A stretch of 64,000 bases of DNA from positions 8,184,001 to 8,248,000 of the forward strand of contig OZ336872.1 of NCBI GenBank assembly GCA_965287045.1. Reading direction: 5' to 3'. How positions within the stretch are numbered: the stretch's first letter is position 1; each line of letters opens with the position of its first letter. A program made the position numbers and the translations under genes. The stretch comes from Carcharhinus amblyrhynchos (Eukaryota). The notes beneath the pieces are model-generated. The model worked only from the letters and a program-made list of their open reading frames with translations, ran no database searches and was not told the origin of the DNA. Shown piece by piece: positions 25,040 through 38,600 of the stretch.

Positions 25040-25345
25040 GCCATGGTGGCACAATGATGAGCATGCTGCCTCTCAGTGCCGGGAACCAAGTTCAATTCCA
25101 GCCTTGAGTCACTGTCTGTGTGGACTTTGCACATTCTCTCCATGTCTGCATGAGCTTTCTCCCAATGCTCTGGTTTCCTCCCACACTCCAAAGACGTACA
25201 GGTTAGGTGGATTGGCCATTCTAAATTGACCCTAGTGTCAGGGGATTAAAAGGTAAATATGTAGGGTTACGGGAATAAGTCCTGGTGGATTGTGGTTGTG
25301 CGGACTCAGTGGGCCGAATGGCCTCCTTGTGCATTCACAATCCTA
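25040..25345 (+). mobile_element. HE1-type V-SINE
   Basis: Head, V-domain and tail present. Confidence 0.87.
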
Positions 25346-26398
25346 TGCAATATGCCAGGATGTAGCAATATGGTATAGATGGTTTGCAGTCATACCAAGA
25401 GTTTGTTAATCTTCAGAGAACTAATAAATCAGGATTAAAGTCTGATTATTCAGCAGAATTTCTGCAACAAGATTGCAATTTTGTCATTAATGATGACCAC
25501 CACAGAGTATCTACAGAAGAGAAACACGCCATTGGCTCAACTGGTCTATGTCAGTGTTTCTGTTCAAACTCCTCCTCCTTATCACATTTCCACCCTGTCA
25601 ATTTATCCTTGTATCTTCCCTTTCTCCCTTATGCCCTGAACCAACTTTATCTCAAATGTAACTGGGCTATTCAGAACTTGAACTTATAAGTATACTTTCC
25701 ATCCTCAGGATGTCTTGAAGTGCTTTCACAAATTACTTTTTGAAGAGCAGTCACCATTGAATAAGTGAACTTAGCAAGTGGATGGCTGAATGTTGGCCAA
25801 GAACAGAACACTTTTTTCTCTTCAGTCAATACCATGTGGTCATTAACATGGATCTGATCAGGTGGAAAAGGCCTCATGGTGCAGCCCTCCCTCAGCATGG
25901 CACTGACTGTACATAGGTTAAGTGCTAAAGTTTCTAGAGCCAGACTTTAACCCCCGATCCTCTCGTTATAAAAAGCTTGATATCCACATGTAATGTCTCA
26001 AATTAATTAAGAATTAAAGTTAGAGATTTTGTTCCTCAAAATGAGCATCTTGCATGAGGTGTGCAGCTGTTGGTATCCTCATTTAACCACTGTGTGTATT
26101 GTACTGCGTTTGCAAATTCATTTAATCCTTTGGATTACAAGGTTGAGGGTTGGGGGAGGGTTGGTTGAAGAGCCAGGAACCTTACTGCAGCATAGAATAT
26201 GCTTTCCGGAGAGGAGGGAGGGTGATCGGTTTTGTAATGTCGTGGTTAACTTTCATTTGTTAATAGTCTCAATTGTTTTTGATTTTTTTTTACAGTCATT
26301 CAGAAGACAGTTGAAGAGGCAAAGTGACTGCTGACTTTGTAAACACTGCATCTTGTTGGGTTTGGTTAAATTTTTGTTGAATTCTCTTGCCTGTGACC

Positions 26399-26632
26399 AT
26401 GTCAGTGGATATGAATAGCCAGAGTTCTGACAGTAATGATGAATATAATGGAGACTCTGAGGAGGAAGATCAGGGTGATATGAGTGCCTATTATGAAGGG
26501 GTGGAGAGTGACGTGGAGCAGCAAGGTGCAGACTCTTTTGATCCAGAGGAATATCAGTTCACATGCCTGTCATACAAGGAGTCGGAGAATGTACTGAACG
26601 AACAAGTTGACACCATGGCAGATACTCTGAAG
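26399..26632 (+). CDS. ARIH2: ARIH2 coding exon 1 ([14 protein letters not shown]...DTLK); exon begins at 26296 with 103 nt of 5'UTR
   Basis: Acceptor tttttttttacag|26296; ATG in accATGt at 26399; donor AAG|gtaagc; phase 0. Confidence 0.97.
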
Positions 26633-29600
26633 GTAAGCAGATCAGAACATCTTTCTGACAAATGATAGAACTTAAGACCATTTCAAATGTCAGGTGCCTA
26701 TTTGCAAGAAGTGGAAGAACTTGAACACAAGTTACAAGGTCTTAAGTTGACTTGAATTTGAGCAAAATTGTTACCAGTCTACATTCCACTTTGTAAATTT
26801 TCTTTCCTTCACCAACTTGTACTGCAGTATAATGTTTTGGATGGCAGCAACCCAACTTGCACTTAGTCATGTATGGACTAAATCGGTGTTGGCAGGGTAT
26901 TCGATCACACATTGTTCAAGTTGATTCCTGTCCTCATGCGATGTCTATGCGTGCATCGTTTGCAGTAACTGTCTCTAGGAAACAGCCATCATTGGAAGAG
27001 CAGGCAGAACTACTTTGTGCTGCCCCCTTGTCTTGAAGTGGTGACCTTGCATGTGATTGCAATCCTCCAGCATAGAATGAACTATTCAACCTGTCGTGTC
27101 TGTACCAGCTCCATGAAAGACTTTCCAGTTAGTTCTAATCCTGGCTCTTTGCCTGTCTATCAGTAATTTTGTCCTCTAAGTATAAAACCACATCTAACCT
27201 CTGGTCTGGTTATGTTTAATCACATTTTGTCTTGAGTTGAAATGTTTAAAAATGAATGTTTATTCTGGATTTGTGATTAAATGACATCAATTAGGTGCTC
27301 AGGAACAGGATTAAACCAGCTATTTTGTTCATTGTAAATAATGGTATATGATTCCATTTGTTGCAACTCAAGATTATATTGTCAAAGTCGAATGCTGTGG
27401 TGAAGACTCAGTTGTGTAGTTATCATGTTACTGACCAATAATATGAAGAATGAGAGTTCTAACCCCACCATGACAGTTGGCAAATTTGAATTCACATTAA
27501 AAAGCGTTGAGAATAAAAAAGTGCTGTGATTAATGAGATTGCAATGACCATAAAAACCCAATTGGTTCACCAATGTACTTTGCGGAAGGCCATTTTTGCT
27601 CAGTTTGGTCCATGTGTCTCTCTGGTTCCACACCAACATATTTGAATTTTAATAGCCCTCTGAAGTGGCTTAGTATGTCATTCCCTCTGTAGTTAGGGTA
27701 TGGATGATAAATGCAAGACTTGCCAGAAACATTCACACGTTGAGGATGAATTTTAAAAGTCGTACCCTTCCAACAGCAATATTGACCCAATGGCGAAGTG
27801 ACACTGCTCACCACTGATCTCTTAAAACATTGCCCCCAAAGATCAAACAATTTCTGTGTGAGTTTCCCCTTCCTGTAAGTTTAAATTTAGTGCCAATCCA
27901 GAGGAACTCCAGGTTTCCAGATATCAAGTTGGCTAAGTAGCCAATTCTTCTAGCGACAGCAAGCCAGAAAACAAATACAATTGGTCCTCATGTTTTTTAA
28001 TTAAAACGTTATGAAATTAATGATTTAGATATGCAGAAGCTGAAATATCATGTGCCTTTCACAATATAAAAGGAACTTTTTTTAATCATGGAAAAGTTTG
28101 GCAATCCATCTGCATTGAATTAATTTTCAGGGCCAGACAGATACTTTGGCAGGAATTATCAATTTAATATGTCATTTAAAAATCCAGTTCCATCTTATTC
28201 AATAGTAGTCATTCCCTATTGGATCAGCTTCTGTCCCACTCAATCCCTCGTTATGTTGAATCTCCCTTGAAGCTTAGCAGCAGCATGGGATAAATTTAAT
28301 TGAGCGTTATACGGAATACATGGATATTGATTACATTTTGGTTCATGATCACTTCATGTCCAACAGGTGTCACTTACAGGACTGTGGTGATTCTGAAACT
28401 TGGAGTTTTCTGTCAGTATTCTCAGGATTATAGAGGTTTACAGCATGGAAACAGGCCCTTTGGCCCAACTTGTCCATGTCGTCCTTTTTATTAAACCCCT
28501 AAGCTAATCACAATTGCTCGCATTTGGCCCATATCCCTCCATACCCAACGTACCCATGTAACTGTCTAAATGCTTTTTAAAAAACAAAATTGTACCTGCC
28601 TCTACTACTACCTCTGGCAGCTTGTTCCAGACACTCACCACTGTAAACCTATGCCCTCTAGTTTTATACTCCCCTATCGTTGGGAAAAGATATTGGCTAT
28701 CTCGCTGATCTATGCCCCTCATTATTTTATAGACCTCGAGAAGATCACCCCTCTGCTTGTCATTTTTTATCTACAACAGCAAAGTAGTGGCCTTAACATA
28801 GTGCCACCTTTTCTTGATCACAAAAGATTGGCTGAAATATTTTAACTCTTTCCCTGTTTCCCCCCTTCCTTTTCAAGTTGTCATAAATGGTGAACAATGA
28901 ACATCAGAAACAGCTTCACCATTTAGTACTGACCTTCTGTCTTTGTTTCACTTTCCTGACTGCTCCCCATTTCCCTTAATTCCCAGAAAGGTCAAAAGTG
29001 TGTCCATCTTGGCCTTGAATGTACTCTGTGGAACATCCACATCACTCTGGAGTAGAGAATTCCAGACATTTACAGCAATCTGAGTGAATAGAATGCTCCT
29101 TCTTTGTCCTAAATGGTTGTCTCCCCATCCTGAGACTATTGACCTCCACCTCAATCCAGGTTGTAGATCCTCCAACCCCTCAGTGTCCACTCTGTCAAGC
29201 CCCTTCAGAATTTTGCCTTTCCAATTTAGTTTACTTTTCTAATTTCTAATACTTCTGAATCGTGATATAAGGAGGTTCCAAGTTGCCAATGATCAAATAT
29301 GTCAATTTATGGGGACTCTGTATTTGAGGAATATCTGTATGATGTGGTAGCCTAATTAAAATGTATGTTTTGTTGTCTGAAGTAATTGTATCCACTCGAT
29401 AGTTTCTTGAACCTTGCTAACTCTCCTCCTCTTTTTCTTTCTTCCCTTTATGGGGAATTGCCAGACCACAGTCCCATGTCTCTTCCGAGTTACTGTTGTT
29501 GAGACAAGACGCCTCTGTAATGATGAACAAGTCTAAACTGGAATCTACCATTCTGGGACGTGGGAGTTGATTTGTGCCACAGAATATGACTGATTTGTTT

Positions 29601-32600
29601 CCATTTTATGTGGTCTGGTCACTCCAATTCTCTGAGCGTCAGTTATGATTGTAGACTTATTTTTCAGTCTGCCAATCCTGATACATTACATGCAAAAACT
29701 TAATTAACTGAATTGTGGAGTGAGTGAATACAACTACAATGCTTCCCTCACAATTTCTAAGAAATGGTCAGATACTGAATTGGGTCTTTTTGCCAGTTGC
29801 CTCATTCTTTGTATTAATACAAAAACAAAATGCTGCAGAAGCTGGAAATATAGAATTAAAAAAAAATTGGAAATACCTGCCAAACAGCATCTGTGGAGAA
29901 AGAGACAAACAAAAGCTACCTGTTCAGGTTGACCTTATGTTAAAGATGTAAAGGGTATGAAACAAGTATAGAGAAGGGGAAATGAGAGTGGGGGAGAGAA
30001 CAAGAGAGAGGCCTGATAGGTGGAAGATTGAGTGACAAAGAATGATGGTACAAAATGGTAATAGGATAAAAGCATGGCAGTACAGTGGCTAGTGCTGCTT
30101 TCTTACAGCGCCAGGGGCCTGTGTTCAACTCCCAGCTTGGATTGCTGTCTGTGCGGAGTTTGCAGAATCTCCCCATGTCTATGTGGGTTTCCTCCCACAG
30201 TCTGAAAGATGTGTTGGTTAGGTGCATTAGCCATGCTAAATTCTCCCTCCATGTACCCAAACGGATGTAGGAGTGTGATGACCAGGGGATTTTTACAGTA
30301 ACTTCATTGCAGTGTTAATGTAAGCCTACTTGTGACACTAATAAATATACTGAACTAAGTAAAGAAATGCAAAAAGTTTCTGCCAGATGTACAACTTTGA
30401 TTTTGATCTATTATTGTCACATGTATTAGTATACATTGAAAAGTATTGTTTCTTGCGCACCATACAGACAAAGCAGGCCGTTTGTAGAGAAGGAAATGAG
30501 AGGGTGCAGAATGTCATGTTGCAATCATAGCTAGGGTATAGAGAAAGGTCAACTTAATGCTAGGTAGGTCCCATTCAAAAGTCTGGCAGCAAGGAAAAAG
30601 CTGTTCTTGAGTCAGATGATGCGTGACCTCAGACTTCTGTATCTTTTTTCTGATGGAAGACGTTGTAAGAGAGAATGACTGTGATGGGGTCCTTAATTAT
30701 GCTGACTGCTTTGCCGAGGCAGTGGGAAGTGTAAACAGAGTCAATGGATGGGACGCTGGTTTACGTGATGGATTGGGCTTCATTCACAACCTTTTTTAAT
30801 TCCTTTGAGCAGCAGAATTACTAACAGCTGCAATCTATAAACAAAGAAAGGAAAGATTTTATCTCTCGTTGAGTCAGGAAAGCTGTGCAGGGCTGAGTCG
30901 AAAGACGAAGTGCTCTTTTTCAAACTTAAAGTTTAATTGGAACAGCGTAGGAGGCTGAGGGCAGAGAGGTCACAGTGGGTGGAGAATTAAAATGTTGGGT
31001 TACTGAAGCTTAGGTTTGTGCTTGTGACTGAATGGGGATTCCGCAAAAAAGTGGCCTAACCTGCATGTGGCCTCTACTTTGTTGAAGGGGGCAAGTGGAT
31101 ACAGGATGCTCAACTGAAAGAATCTCAATTGTTAGGGTGCAGGAGGGGGCCATTTGGCCCATCGTGTTTGTACTGGTTCTCCAAATGGGTATTGTAGCTA
31201 TGGTCTAGTGGTATCATCCATTATACTATTAATCCAGAAACTCATTTAATGTTCTGCGGATCTGGGTTTAAATTCTGTCGAGGCAGATTGAATTTGAACT
31301 CAAAAAAAATCTGGAATTAAGAATTTACTGATGACCATGAAGCCATTGTCTATTGTCAGAAAAACCCATCTGGTTCACTAATGTCCTTAGGGAAGGAAAT
31401 ATGTCATTCTTTCTTGGTCTGGTTTACATGTGACTCCAGAACAGCCACAATGTGATTGATTCTCAACCGCCCTCGGGCAGCTAGGGATGGGCAATAAATG
31501 CCAGCAATACCCAGGTCTTATGAATGAATAAAAAATACCATTTCCTGTTTATTCCTCATACCTCTGCACTTTTTTCATTCAAATGAGCATGTAATGCTTT
31601 GATTGACCTGTCTCCATCAAACTTCCAGGGAGTGCATTCCAGCCTTTTCACGTTACTCTTACTTCATAAAACGCTTTAAATCTGTGCCCCCTCATTTGAA
31701 TTTCTCTTCATTGAACTTCATCTGCCATCTGTTTGCTTACTCTACCAACTTGTCCATGTCTATATAATACTGTGAATAGAAATTGCAGGGGCGCTGATGT
31801 AATTTTCCAGGCCCCCTCTTGACTTGGGGGAGGTTTTGGAGGACCGGAGAATCTTTAATGTCATGCCCTTGTTCAAAGAAGATTGAGAATAAGCCCGGCT
31901 GTTATAGATAAGCCAGATCTCCACAGTTTACTGTACTCCTTACATACTAACAATCGTGGGCAATTTCCCTTCCCCCCAACTCAATTTTCAAGCTTGCTGA
32001 TGACACCACTGCAGTGGGTCAGATCTCAAATAATGATGAGACAGAGTACAGGAAAGAGAATGTGGGGAATCATGTGATGACAATAATCTCTCCCTCCAAA
32101 TTCAATAAAACGAAGGAGACAGTCATCAACTTCAGGAAGCATAGTGGAGAACATGTCCCTGTCTACATCAACAGTGACAAAGTGGAAATGGTCAAGAACT
32201 TCAAGTTTCTAGGTGTCCAGCTCATGAACAACCTGTCCTAGGCCCTCCACGTTAACACTGTAGTTCAAGCCTATCAATGCCTTCCCTGGGTCAGGAAGCT
32301 AAGGGAATTTGGATATCTGCTACAACCCTCACTAACTTGAACGGATGCACAGTAGAAAGCAGCCTTTCTGGATGTATTGCAGCTTGGTATGGTTCCTGCT
32401 CAGACCAAGACTGCAAGAAATTACAAAGGGTTGTGAAAATAGCCCAATCCATCACGCAAACCGGCCTCCCGTCCATTGACTCGGTCTATGCTTCCTGCTG
32501 CATTGCGAAAGCAGCCAGCATGATGAAGGACCCCACGCACCCCGGATATTCTCTCTTCCACCTTCCACCGGGAAAAATATACAAATGTCTGAGGTCTGTT

Positions 32601-35600
32601 ATTTTCTATGATTCTGTTGCTTTTCCTTCAGACTGTGAGACATCTGACTCCAGATTGTGACTTGCCTTAGATTTTGGTGTAAAGCTGTGGTAAGATTTCA
32701 TTTTCTTCCCATGCCTCGATTCTGCCAGCACTTGACTGGACTGCCCTTGGGCAATTCCTCAGGGTTTGAGTGAGATGCTTTGGCAAAAGGCCCACACTCT
32801 GCAATAATTGATGCATGTTGTGATGCAAAGTATCAACAATAATGCTGAGGTATTGTGGTTTACAGATCAAATAGGTGGTATCACATCTTTGTGGTAAGAA
32901 AACCCGTTGACTTTAAAAAGCCAGTTGTTTCTGGCTTGCTAATTGGAGTAAAGTTATAACCTTTGACAATCTAATTGAAGTCATTTGAAAGAGCAGTAGA
33001 GGCAATGCAATGAAAAGTGGTTTTATCAGATATCACAGTAAGATGTGAAGGCCCTGCCTCGCAGTCTAGTTGCACAGAAATCAGACTCATGGATTTTTAA
33101 CTCTGACCATTTCTCCCTCGATACAGACCTTCCCAAACAGACAGAGTCGGTTACAGGGTGAGTGGGTGTGGGTGGGAAGATAAAATGATATACATTCTGC
33201 AAATCTGTTGGGCCAAATAACCAGCATTTGAGTTTTATGCCCATGTAAATGGGTTTCAGCCACAATTCTAGGCAAGTAACTCTGGGGCCAGGGAGGAGAG
33301 TATTGGATTTATCGAATAGAGGTAACAAAGGTATAGAAAACTGTTATAGCTGTAAATGAATTGAGGTAAGGGCAGAGAAAGATAGTTGGAAGGCAGCAGT
33401 CTTAATGGTGCTGAAGAGATGAGTGAAAAGCTGAACTCTGTCAGATAGGATACAATGCTTACTAACTTTCTGGATCAGCTTGGAGAGTAACAAAGCACTC
33501 GGGGGATAGAATAGGTGGCAGGGAAATGGAGTTTAGGCATGGATCAAAGTTGGTGGATTCCATGTTTCCAGTATTCAATTGGAGGGAATTTCTGTTCATG
33601 AGATGCCAGATAAGAGTAACAAAATGATGATTTAGGGGGTTTTGGAAGAGAAGGTTCAAAAATACATGTGAAACCTGATTAGTTAATGTCTCTGAGGGGC
33701 AGTGTATAGTTGATAAACAGGAAAACACCATCTCTGTACCAAGGAAAAGTCAAGTTGATTGGCTACCCTCTCGTGGCTCTGACATCCATCATTATGAAGT
33801 GCTTTGACACACACCAACTCCAGTCTTCCAGATTTCCTGGGTTCGCTATAGTTCACCTATCGATGCAACAGACCCACAGCAAACACCATCTCCCTGGCCC
33901 TACACTCACTCTGGAACATGTGGATAACAAGGACACTTATGTCTGACTCCTATTTATTGACTGCAGCTCACTCTTCAACACCATAATGCCAACAAAACCC
34001 ATCTCCAAACCGTAGCCTAGGGCTCAGCTCTTTCCTTTGTGGTTCCCTTACGAATCCACAGACCGCAATCAGTAAAGATAGGCAACAGCACCTCCTCTAC
34101 CATTATTCTCAACATCAGTGCCCCACAAGGCTGTGTCCTCAGCCCTCTCACTATACTTTTTATACAGGTGACTATGTGTCCAACTCTGTTTTCAGGTTTG
34201 CTGATGACACCACCATGGTCATGTCATCAGCAAACCTCAAACCGTGATGAGACAGAGTACAGGAAGGAGATGGAGAATCTGGTGAACTGGTGCGATGACA
34301 ATCTCTCCATTAATATCAGTGAAGCGAAGGAGCTGTTCATTGAATTCAGGAAGCATAGTGGAGGACATGCCCCTGTCAACATGGATGCTGACCAAGTGGG
34401 GATGGTCAAGAGCTTTGAGTTTCAAGGTGTCTGGATCACCAACAATCTGTCCTGGTCCCTCCGCACTAACGCTATACTGAAGAGCCCATCAACATTTCTA
34501 CTTTCTCAAAAGACTAAGGAAATTTGACATGTCTGCTATGACTTTCACGGGTTTTTACAGATGCACCATAGAAAACATTCTTTCCACATGTATCACAGCT
34601 TCATATGGCTCCAGCGCTGACCAAGACTGCAAGCTACAAAGGGTTGTGAATGTAGCCCAGTCCGTTACAGAAACCAGCTCCCATCCATTGACGTTATCTA
34701 CACTTTCCACTGCCTCGGAAAAGCAGCCAGCATAATCAAGGACCCCATGCACACCGGACATTCTCTCTTCCACCACCTTCCGCCGAGGAAAGAGATGAAA
34801 AAGTCTGCATTCTCAAATGCCTGTGTAGTGTGCAAGAAACAATACTTTTTACTGTTTCCCAATACATGACAATAAAAAATCAAATCAAACAACAAGGATA
34901 GATATGAGTAATGTCAGAGGCATCATTGTGGAAATAAAAGCGCAGAATTATAATAGTAATAAAACTGGTGAGCTATTCTGTTTTACCAGCTGTATGTTAG
35001 TGTTAAATCTGCAAAACATTTGGTGTGCAAAATGACATGTAATGCCTGAGACTTCAGTTCCTGAAGAGGGCCAAGTGACAAAGAAAATGTTTGGGAATCT
35101 CTGTCAATTGAAAAAAGCACCCCTGTGACACTGGGATATGCGGGTCCCTGTTAGTCCGTTTGAGTTAGGCCACCTCAGCAGAAGCAGTTATAATTATCCT
35201 GGAGTTTGCTACAGGAATGCCAACCAGGGTTTCTGTTCCCAGTCACCACCCAGTACAGCATGCTGGAACATGTGTATTGTTGACATGAGATGTGACCGTT
35301 GTCTTCTAAAGTTGTTTACAGTGAATTGCCACATAGATATAGTATCAGATGGCAGACTGTAAGAGCTGTTGTCCAGTCAGCTTGCTGCCTTTGGGATAGG
35401 AAGGGAGGAAATTGAAGGAAGAAGCTACCAGTGAATTAGTAAGGGAAAACAGTAAATTTACTTAAGGCCTTTATAAGCATCAGCTTTGCTGAGAACTGTT
35501 TGGAAGGTCATGGATTAAAGTTCGATTCCAGGAATTTGGCACTTAAGGAAAGTGGTAGTGTTTCTGAACTGGTAATCTAAGGGCTCAGAGGGATGGGGAG

Positions 35601-38600
35601 ATTAAAATTCAATCGTTTAGCCAGGGTGGGATCAAATGAAATGAGTGGATTGTCATAAAAACCCATCTGGATGTCTGCCTTTCGTAGGAAGTCTGCTGAC
35701 CTTAGTGAGTCTGAACTACACTTGCCTGCAGACCCACAGCAGTATGGTTGATCCTTAAATGCTCTTTGAAATGGCTTTGCAGGACAATCAGTTCTATCAA
35801 ACCATGACAGAAAAATGTTAAAAAGAATAAATCAGGCAGAGCAGCCAGCATCAACTGAGGCACAGAAAGGTTCACATGGAAATGACATGGAAAAACTGTA
35901 CTCAGTCAGCCCCACAAAAGTCCTCACTAATATCTGAGAACTTGTGCCAAAATGCCTGCCGTACAGTTGAGTCAAGCAACAGCCTGACATAGTTATACTC
36001 ACCAAATACTTCACAGCCAGTATCCCAGACTCCTCCATCACCAGAGCTGGTGGTGGCACAGTGGTATACAGTCAGAAAGGAGTGGTTCTGGGAGTCCTCA
36101 GCATCAACTTTGTATGCCACGATGTCCTGTGGCACCAGGTCAAACAGGCACAAGGCTGATTTCTTCCTCCTGCTCCCCCTCAGCTGATGAATCAGAACTC
36201 CTCCGTGTTTAACACAACTTAGAAGAGGCATTGAGTTAGGAGGTGGATGTCCATGTCCATTATCAAGAGCAGCTCAGTAGCACGATTGTTCAAATTCCTG
36301 AAAGACACGTGCCATAGTCGGCCTACGTCAGCTGTTGCGGGAGCCGACAAAAGGGAAAAAACGTGCTTGACCTGGTCCTTACCAGTTTACAAAGATGCAC
36401 GTATCCATGACAATATTGATAGGAGTGACCACTGTACATTCCTGGTGGAGATGAAGTTCCATCTTCATGTCGAGAAAGCAGACTGTTTTCCTCAGAGAAA
36501 TGTCCTCAGTCCAACTATTTTCAGCTGCTTAATCGATGATCTTCCCTCCATTGTAAGGTCAGAATGCATAAGGCCACTGTGCATATTTCGGATTCCTCAA
36601 ATACTGAAGCCTCAAGTCCAAATGAATCAGGAACTGGGTAACATTCAGAATTGGACTGATAAGTGGAAAATAGCATTTATGCCATGAGTGCCAGACAGTG
36701 GCAAGCAAGTGTCAAGCCATCTCCCGATGACGTTCTGGCAGTCTGATTGCTATTCCCCTCTTTATCAGTATCGTGGGAATTACCAGTGACCATAAACTGA
36801 ACTAAACTAGCTATGTAAATACTGTGGCTACAAGAGCAGATCAGAGGCTGGGATTCCTAAGGCAGGTAACTCATCTCTTGATTCCCCAAAGTCATTATCT
36901 ACAAGACAGGGCAGAAGTGTTACGGAAAACTGGATGAGTGTAGCCCCAATGACACAAGAAGTTCACCATCACCCCCCAATTAAAAATACACTCCCTCTAC
37001 CACTGACCTACAGTAGCAGTACTATGTACTGTCTGCAAGATGCCCTGTAGTAACTCACCAAGCCTCCTTTGACAGCACCTTCCAAACCTGTGGCCTTGGA
37101 TCAACTGGAAGGACAAGGACAACAGATGCATGGAAAGATCATCACTCAAGTCACATACAATTCTAATTTGGGATTGTATCATTCCTTCACCTGCTGTCAA
37201 AATCCTGTAACTCCTAGAAGCACTGGGTGGACACCATCTGGATTGCAGCGATTCAGAAAGATGCCTTATTACATCCCCCTGTTGGAGGTGCAGTCTTTTG
37301 TTGCAGATGTTAAGCTGATTGCCTGCTCAAATGGTCATAAATTACCCTATGGCAATCTTTGTCCTCTTCTCCCATCTCAATCTCAGTCTCTCTTTGAACT
37401 AACACAGGATATATGAATTCTTCCTGTCGTCTATCCCTCAACTGGGTGCAACGTTTTGTCTGGCCGTTCATTTGCTATCTATAGGCAATTGTGTGCAGAA
37501 CATTGAATGCACTTAAATGGAACTCATTGCTACAAGCTGCAGTTGAGAAGTGCGTATTTAAGGGGAAAATGGATGAGCACGTGAGAAAGAAGTAGAAGAC
37601 TATGATGAGATTAGATGAAGATGGGTGGGATGGTGGTGGGGAAGAGGCTTGTTTGGAACACAGTGGCCTGGTGAGTGGAATGATCTGTTTATATGCTGTA
37701 AATACTATAATAGTTTGGAAAAACAGTTCATTGGCTTTAATGTACTTTAAATCCTGGAGGCATGCAAGGTGTTATATCAAGTCTCATTTTACTTGCAATT
37801 GTTTCTCTTTTCATTTCTTTCAGAGAGGTGATGGCCTAGTGGTATTATTGCTAGACTATTAATCCAGTCTGGGAACCTGGATTTGAATCCTGCCACGGCA
37901 AATGGTGGAATTTGAATTTTTTAAAAATGTGGAATTAAGAATCCACTGATGATCATGAAGCCATTGATGATTGTCGGGAAAAACCCATCTGGTTCACTGT
38001 CTTTTAAGGAAGGAATTCTGTTGTCCATACCTGTTCTGGCCTACATGTGACTCTAGAGCCACAGCACTGTGGTTGACTTTCAACTGCTTCCTGAAATGAC
38101 CTAGTATGCCAGTCAGTTCCCAGGGCAATTCAGGATGGGGCAGGACAGTGGCACAGTGGTTAGCACTGTTACCTCAGTGCCAGAGACCCAGGTTTGATTT
38201 CCAGCTTGGGTCACTGTCTGTGCGGAGTCCCCATGCTCTCCCTATGTTTGCGCGGGTTCCCTGTGGGTGCTTGGGCTTCCGACCACTGTTTGAAAGATTT
38301 GCCCGTTAGATGCATTGGCCATGCTAAATTCTCCCTCAGTGTACCCAAACAGGTGCCAGAGTGTGGCAACTAGGGGATTTTCACTTCATTGCAGTGTGAA
38401 TGTAAGCTTATTTGTGACACTAATAAATAAACTAAACATTGGTCCAGCCGGTGATGTTCATGACCCACGAATGAATAAAAAAAATTCACATTTCCTCCTC
38501 TTTATGCAGTGCTGTTTCTATAGTAGTGCTTGTGCAGTGAGGAAGATAATATAATCAAGCTGCTTTTGTACAATTGTTCCACTTTATTTTCTCGTTTTGT

